A stretch of 22,795 nucleotides of DNA, from the IMG/VR virus record IMGVR_UViG_3300010348_001053; one strand, 5' to 3'. Below, piece after piece: positions 20,071-22,795 of this stretch. Each line of letters begins with the position of its first letter. Positions within the stretch are counted from its first letter, which is position 1. The position numbers were made by a program, and so were the translations under genes. This DNA is from a virus. The notes beneath the pieces were generated by a model. It saw only the letters and a program-made list of their open reading frames with translations. It searched no databases and was not told where the DNA came from.

Positions 20071-21695
20071 GTGTCTAACCGGTTCTGACTTAGTCGGTCC
20101 TGCCGGGTCTTCTTCTCGGCTATCTCTTTGATCTTCTGCCGGGTATCCACACCGAATTCAGCGACTGACTCTTTTGCTTTCTTCTTCTCGGTCTGACCTA
20201 ACCCGGTTGCAATCTTCTTCTGGTCCGGGTCGTGGCGTTTGTCGCCAGCTAATTCAGGATACTGTTTTGCTATCTCTTTTTGCTTCGTCTCTTCTTTCTC
20301 TGGAAGGTCATATGAAAGTTCATACCAGTAATCCGTTGAATTGCCACTATCAGGGTTTCCTCCCCGAATCTGTTTTTCAAGTTTAACATTCCGATAACCA
20401 TCAGCCTCTAATCTTTTTGCATAGATATGTGCTTCAAGTTGAGAGAAATTCTTCAACCGTTCTTTCTTCCGTTCCCCGGATGATGCTTGTTTGTCACCGG
20501 AGGAGAACGGTTTGTCTTCAGTCCCTGGTGTGCTGATTGTTCTGACATGCCCTAAATCACCTTGTTTATTCACCTGTTCCAGCACGTCTACATATTTTCC
20601 ATGCTCGATTGATAACCGGTTAACGTTCTGTTCTAATTTACTTGCAGGGACCGTTTCACCGGTACTGGTAAGGTATGAGTCTCCTGATCGTGCAAATACT
20701 AACCGGTCAATATTCTTCTCCTTGTTACTTGCAATGTGCTTATCTATTGCTTGCTGTGCTGCCGGGGATGAGGGTTTTGTTTTCTGCTCATTCATCTTGT
20801 CAGAGACACCCTGAATTATTGCATCGCTCCCTTTCTCCTTCCGCTCTGTGGCTAACCTGATTGCTTCTGCCTTTGCTTCAGTCTTATTGAATAATTGTTT
20901 TCCTCTTGAACCCCTTCTTATACCCTCTCTTATTTTTATATCATAGACTAAAGTCTCATTTGTATCCGGATCAGTGACCTCCACCCGCTGAAACTCATTA
21001 CCGCTCCATCCGATAGTATATCGTATCCCCAACTTTGCGGTTAATCCGGGCTGCTGTGTTTTCGTTTCCTTCTGTCTCCGGACCGTTGCTTTCTGGTCCT
21101 TTACCTGACTGACCGGTTTCTCTTCAGGGACTTTTATCCGTAGTTTCGTCTTGCGTTCTGGTTGATGCTCTGGATACTCTTCCGGATGAGTTACTTCTTT
21201 CCATGCCTGTATTGTGGATTTCTTTTCCGGGGTTGTAGAAGTCTTCTCTTTCTTCTCCCCGCCTTTGAATCCTGCCACCATCCGCTTCAGTTCTTTGATA
21301 TCCGTGTGCTTCCCCAGGAATTTTACATCGCCATCTTTCCCCTCAAAGGTCAGATGATGTTCTCCATCCTTTGACTCTATCCGATATGCACCGGGACCGT
21401 GTTCTCCCTCCTTCGTCCGATGCATGACTGAACCATCCTCCTGTTTCCGGAACGCCGGTAGTCGCTTCTTCTTCTCCCCACTCTCTTCTTCCTTCTTCGG
21501 AGCCTCTTTCTTCTTTGACTCCTTAACTGCCTTTAAATCTTCAGTGTTGTAATACATCCCCTTCCGTGGTCCGGTATGGATCTGAACTCCTGCCGGGGGT
21601 TTCTGACCTGGTTTCAGATACTTCTTTGCTTTGCTGATAACCGATGACCGTGCTGATATATCCCTGAGCTTGAGCAACATCAGATAGTGACTCAT
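20061..21695 (-). CDS. K/E-rich putative virion-internal protein (544 aa short form; 758 aa with frameshift)
   Basis: Preferred start MSHYLMLLKLR at 21695 (promoter motif 31 nt upstream; parallels MSYYLTLLKLR of the neighbour). The ORF-track start at 21857 lies inside the previous gene. Confidence 0.8.
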   Translation of the reverse strand: MSHYLMLLKLRDISARSSVISKAKKYLKPGQKPPAGVQIHTGPRKGMYYNTEDLKAVKESKKKEAPKKEEESGEKKKRLPAFRKQEDGSVMHRTKEGEHGPGAYRIESKDGEHHLTFEGKDGDVKFLGKHTDIKELKRMVAGFKGGEKKEKTSTTPEKKSTIQAWKEVTHPEEYPEHQPERKTKLRIKVPEEKPVSQVKDQKATVRRQKETKTQQPGLTAKLGIRYTIGWSGNEFQRVEVTDPDTNETLVYDIKIREGIRRGSRGKQLFNKTEAKAEAIRLATERKEKGSDAIIQGVSDKMNEQKTKPSSPAAQQAIDKHIASNKEKNIDRLVFARSGDSYLTSTGETVPASKLEQNVNRLSIEHGKYVDVLEQVNKQGDLGHVRTISTPGTEDKPFSSGDKQASSGERKKERLKNFSQLEAHIYAKRLEADGYRNVKLEKQIRGGNPDSGNSTDYWYELSYDLPEKEETKQKEIAKQYPELAGDKRHDPDQKKIATGLGQTEKKKAKESVAEFGVDTRQKIKEIAEKKTRQDRLSQNRLDTKN

Positions 21696-21720
21696 ACCAG
21701 AGAAAAAGAGATGCGATAAG

Positions 21721-21738
21721 ATAAACGGGAAATAAAAA
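21721..21738 (-). promoter_or_regulatory. Viral promoter motif upstream of the 544/758-aa gene
   Basis: TTTTTATTTCCCGTTTAT; 31 nt to ATG 21695. Confidence 0.75.
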
Positions 21739-22473
21739 CTAACTGGTATGGAAGTCTTCCCTCTTCCACCCTTTTCTCTTCCGTGGGGATCTATGTCCCT
21801 TGGTTGTTTTGGATGACATTGTGGTATACTTTGTCCCGCGTGAAAATTTATCCACATATCCTCGTTCTATTGCTCTGACAATACGTTCTCTGTATCGATT
21901 TTTGCCGGGAATATTTTTCTTATTTGGACCGTTCACAAGTTGTTTAAAAGCGTTTTTATGAGTTAAATCCCGTGGGTCTTTCAGGTGTTCGCGTCTTCCT
22001 CTAGGTTTTGAGAGTGACCCGATAACCATTGACGGGAACGTCCACCCATGCCCCATATCAGACTCATTCAAGTCTTTGAATACCTTATTGATATCTTGTC
22101 TGACCTGATGAACGGTCTTCCCTTCTGAATTTTCAAGGATCTTCTTTACTTTCGGTAAAGACCTCTCAATGTTCCGGATATGAGTATACGCTTCCTTTGT
22201 CTGCCCTATCTCATCCAGAATATACTGTTTTGCAAACGCTGCAATATTATCTAGTTCTGAATAGGTTTCTGCAATATCGATCTCATCATACGCATGTTTT
22301 GGAGAATGGGACCGGGTATCATAATACACTCCACCATTTGGTCCTCGTGATAGCACAATACCTTTTGGTGGTTTCTCACCCGGACAAAGATACACCCGAC
22401 TTTTCTGAACAATCTCAATCGGTTTATGCGAGATAATCTCACGTAACTTGAGTAACGTTAAATAATAACTCAT
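21739..22473 (-). CDS. Putative virion-internal protein (244 aa) with the shared N-terminal motif
   Basis: ATGA overlap with the upstream gene; VQKS-RVYLCPGEKPPKGIVLSRGPNGGVYY motif. Confidence 0.75.
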   Translation of the reverse strand: MSYYLTLLKLREIISHKPIEIVQKSRVYLCPGEKPPKGIVLSRGPNGGVYYDTRSHSPKHAYDEIDIAETYSELDNIAAFAKQYILDEIGQTKEAYTHIRNIERSLPKVKKILENSEGKTVHQVRQDINKVFKDLNESDMGHGWTFPSMVIGSLSKPRGRREHLKDPRDLTHKNAFKQLVNGPNKKNIPGKNRYRERIVRAIERGYVDKFSRGTKYTTMSSKTTKGHRSPRKRKGWKREDFHTS

Positions 22474-22795
22474 TCTGTCACCAGATGGATATACACATCT
22501 AATCGTTTATTCTGACCCGCTGACCGGTGAGACTTTCCTTTCCTCACAATCGCTTTCTGAACCGGAGCGGATGCCTGTTGCATTCCCTGAATGGTATCGG
22601 TCCCTGAATACGATTCTGCGTCTCCCTCCATACCCATACCGTTATCCGGTCCCTGATCCTGGTCCTGACCGCCCCCCATCATCCCGCCGAACATAGCTGA
22701 TAGAGAAGTCTGGTTCTCCAGTCCCTCTAACTCTTCGGTCTCGTTGGTCGATAAATCGTCACCGAGTTCTGATATCTTCGCGGCAAGTTTCGGCT
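22470..22795 (-). CDS. C-terminal end of a larger protein, probably the portal (partial)
   Basis: Frame stays open to the window edge (PKLAAKISELGDDLSTNETEELEG...MFGGMMGGGQDQDQG...VQKAIVRKG); a low-complexity acidic/Gly-Met tail at the head of the head module is typical of portal tails. Identity rests on position only. Confidence 0.45.
   Translation of the reverse strand, partial: PKLAAKISELGDDLSTNETEELEGLENQTSLSAMFGGMMGGGQDQDQGPDNGMGMEGDAESYSGTDTIQGMQQASAPVQKAIVRKGKSHRSAGQNKRLDVYIHLVTE

Larger units (their letters stand above)
1..22795 (-). mobile_element. Structural module of an archaeal tailed virus/provirus (Caudoviricetes, siphovirus-like)
   Basis: Co-oriented head-neck-tail genes in canonical order; no sheath gene between terminator and tube; archaeal-type SD sequences (GGAGG, AGGTGA, GAGGT) before internal genes and leaderless promoter-proximal genes. 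Integration state cannot be judged from this window. Confidence 0.93.

Noticed and set aside
21696-21857. 598-aa version of the 20061 ORF starting at 21857
   Set aside because: The extra 54 codons overlap the previous gene and the promoter motif; ATG 21695 has canonical spacing and a paralogous N-terminus.

Overview
The whole window is the morphogenesis module of a tailed (head-tail, HK97-lineage) archaeal virus or provirus, read on the minus strand. No tail sheath gene is visible, so it is probably a siphovirus. Archaeal promoter and SD geometry and heavy CCGG use point to a methanogen host (Methanomicrobiales-like; inference). Order in the transcription direction (right to left): probable portal C-terminus; three proteins sharing one N-terminal motif; an RHH/antirepressor/YkgJ mini-operon; a C5 DNA methyltransferase; a gp7/MuF-like head protein; prohead protease; major capsid protein; two decoration/fibre genes; head-tail adaptor; HK97-gp10-like neck protein; tail terminator; two paralogous tail tube genes; tail assembly chaperone; tape measure (runs off the left edge and is missing from the ORF track). 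Two IS200/IS605 elements with intact-looking TnpB are inserted (9962-11550 and 18044-19247). Highlights: (1) a 15-unit GG(Y)-NN pentamer array directly behind a gene whose N-terminus looks RAMP/Vipr-like but whose body is a DUF559/Vsr-type nuclease split by an A8 tract, i.e. a VIPR-like RNA-guided locus with an unusual nuclease fusion; (2) a -1 frameshift signal (A_AAA_AAC plus a 51-nt hairpin) joining a 544-aa head-module protein to a 214-aa extension; (3) a TTT-CGC +1 frameshift in the tail chaperone; (4) 13 copies of a virus-specific TTCC(C/T)G-T(T/A)TA promoter, 11 of them 30-33 nt from a credible gene start; (5) a [IVL]-x-K-[ASG] putative maturation motif shared by capsid, protease, portal tail and three putative internal proteins. 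All calls come from manual reading; no database searches were run.
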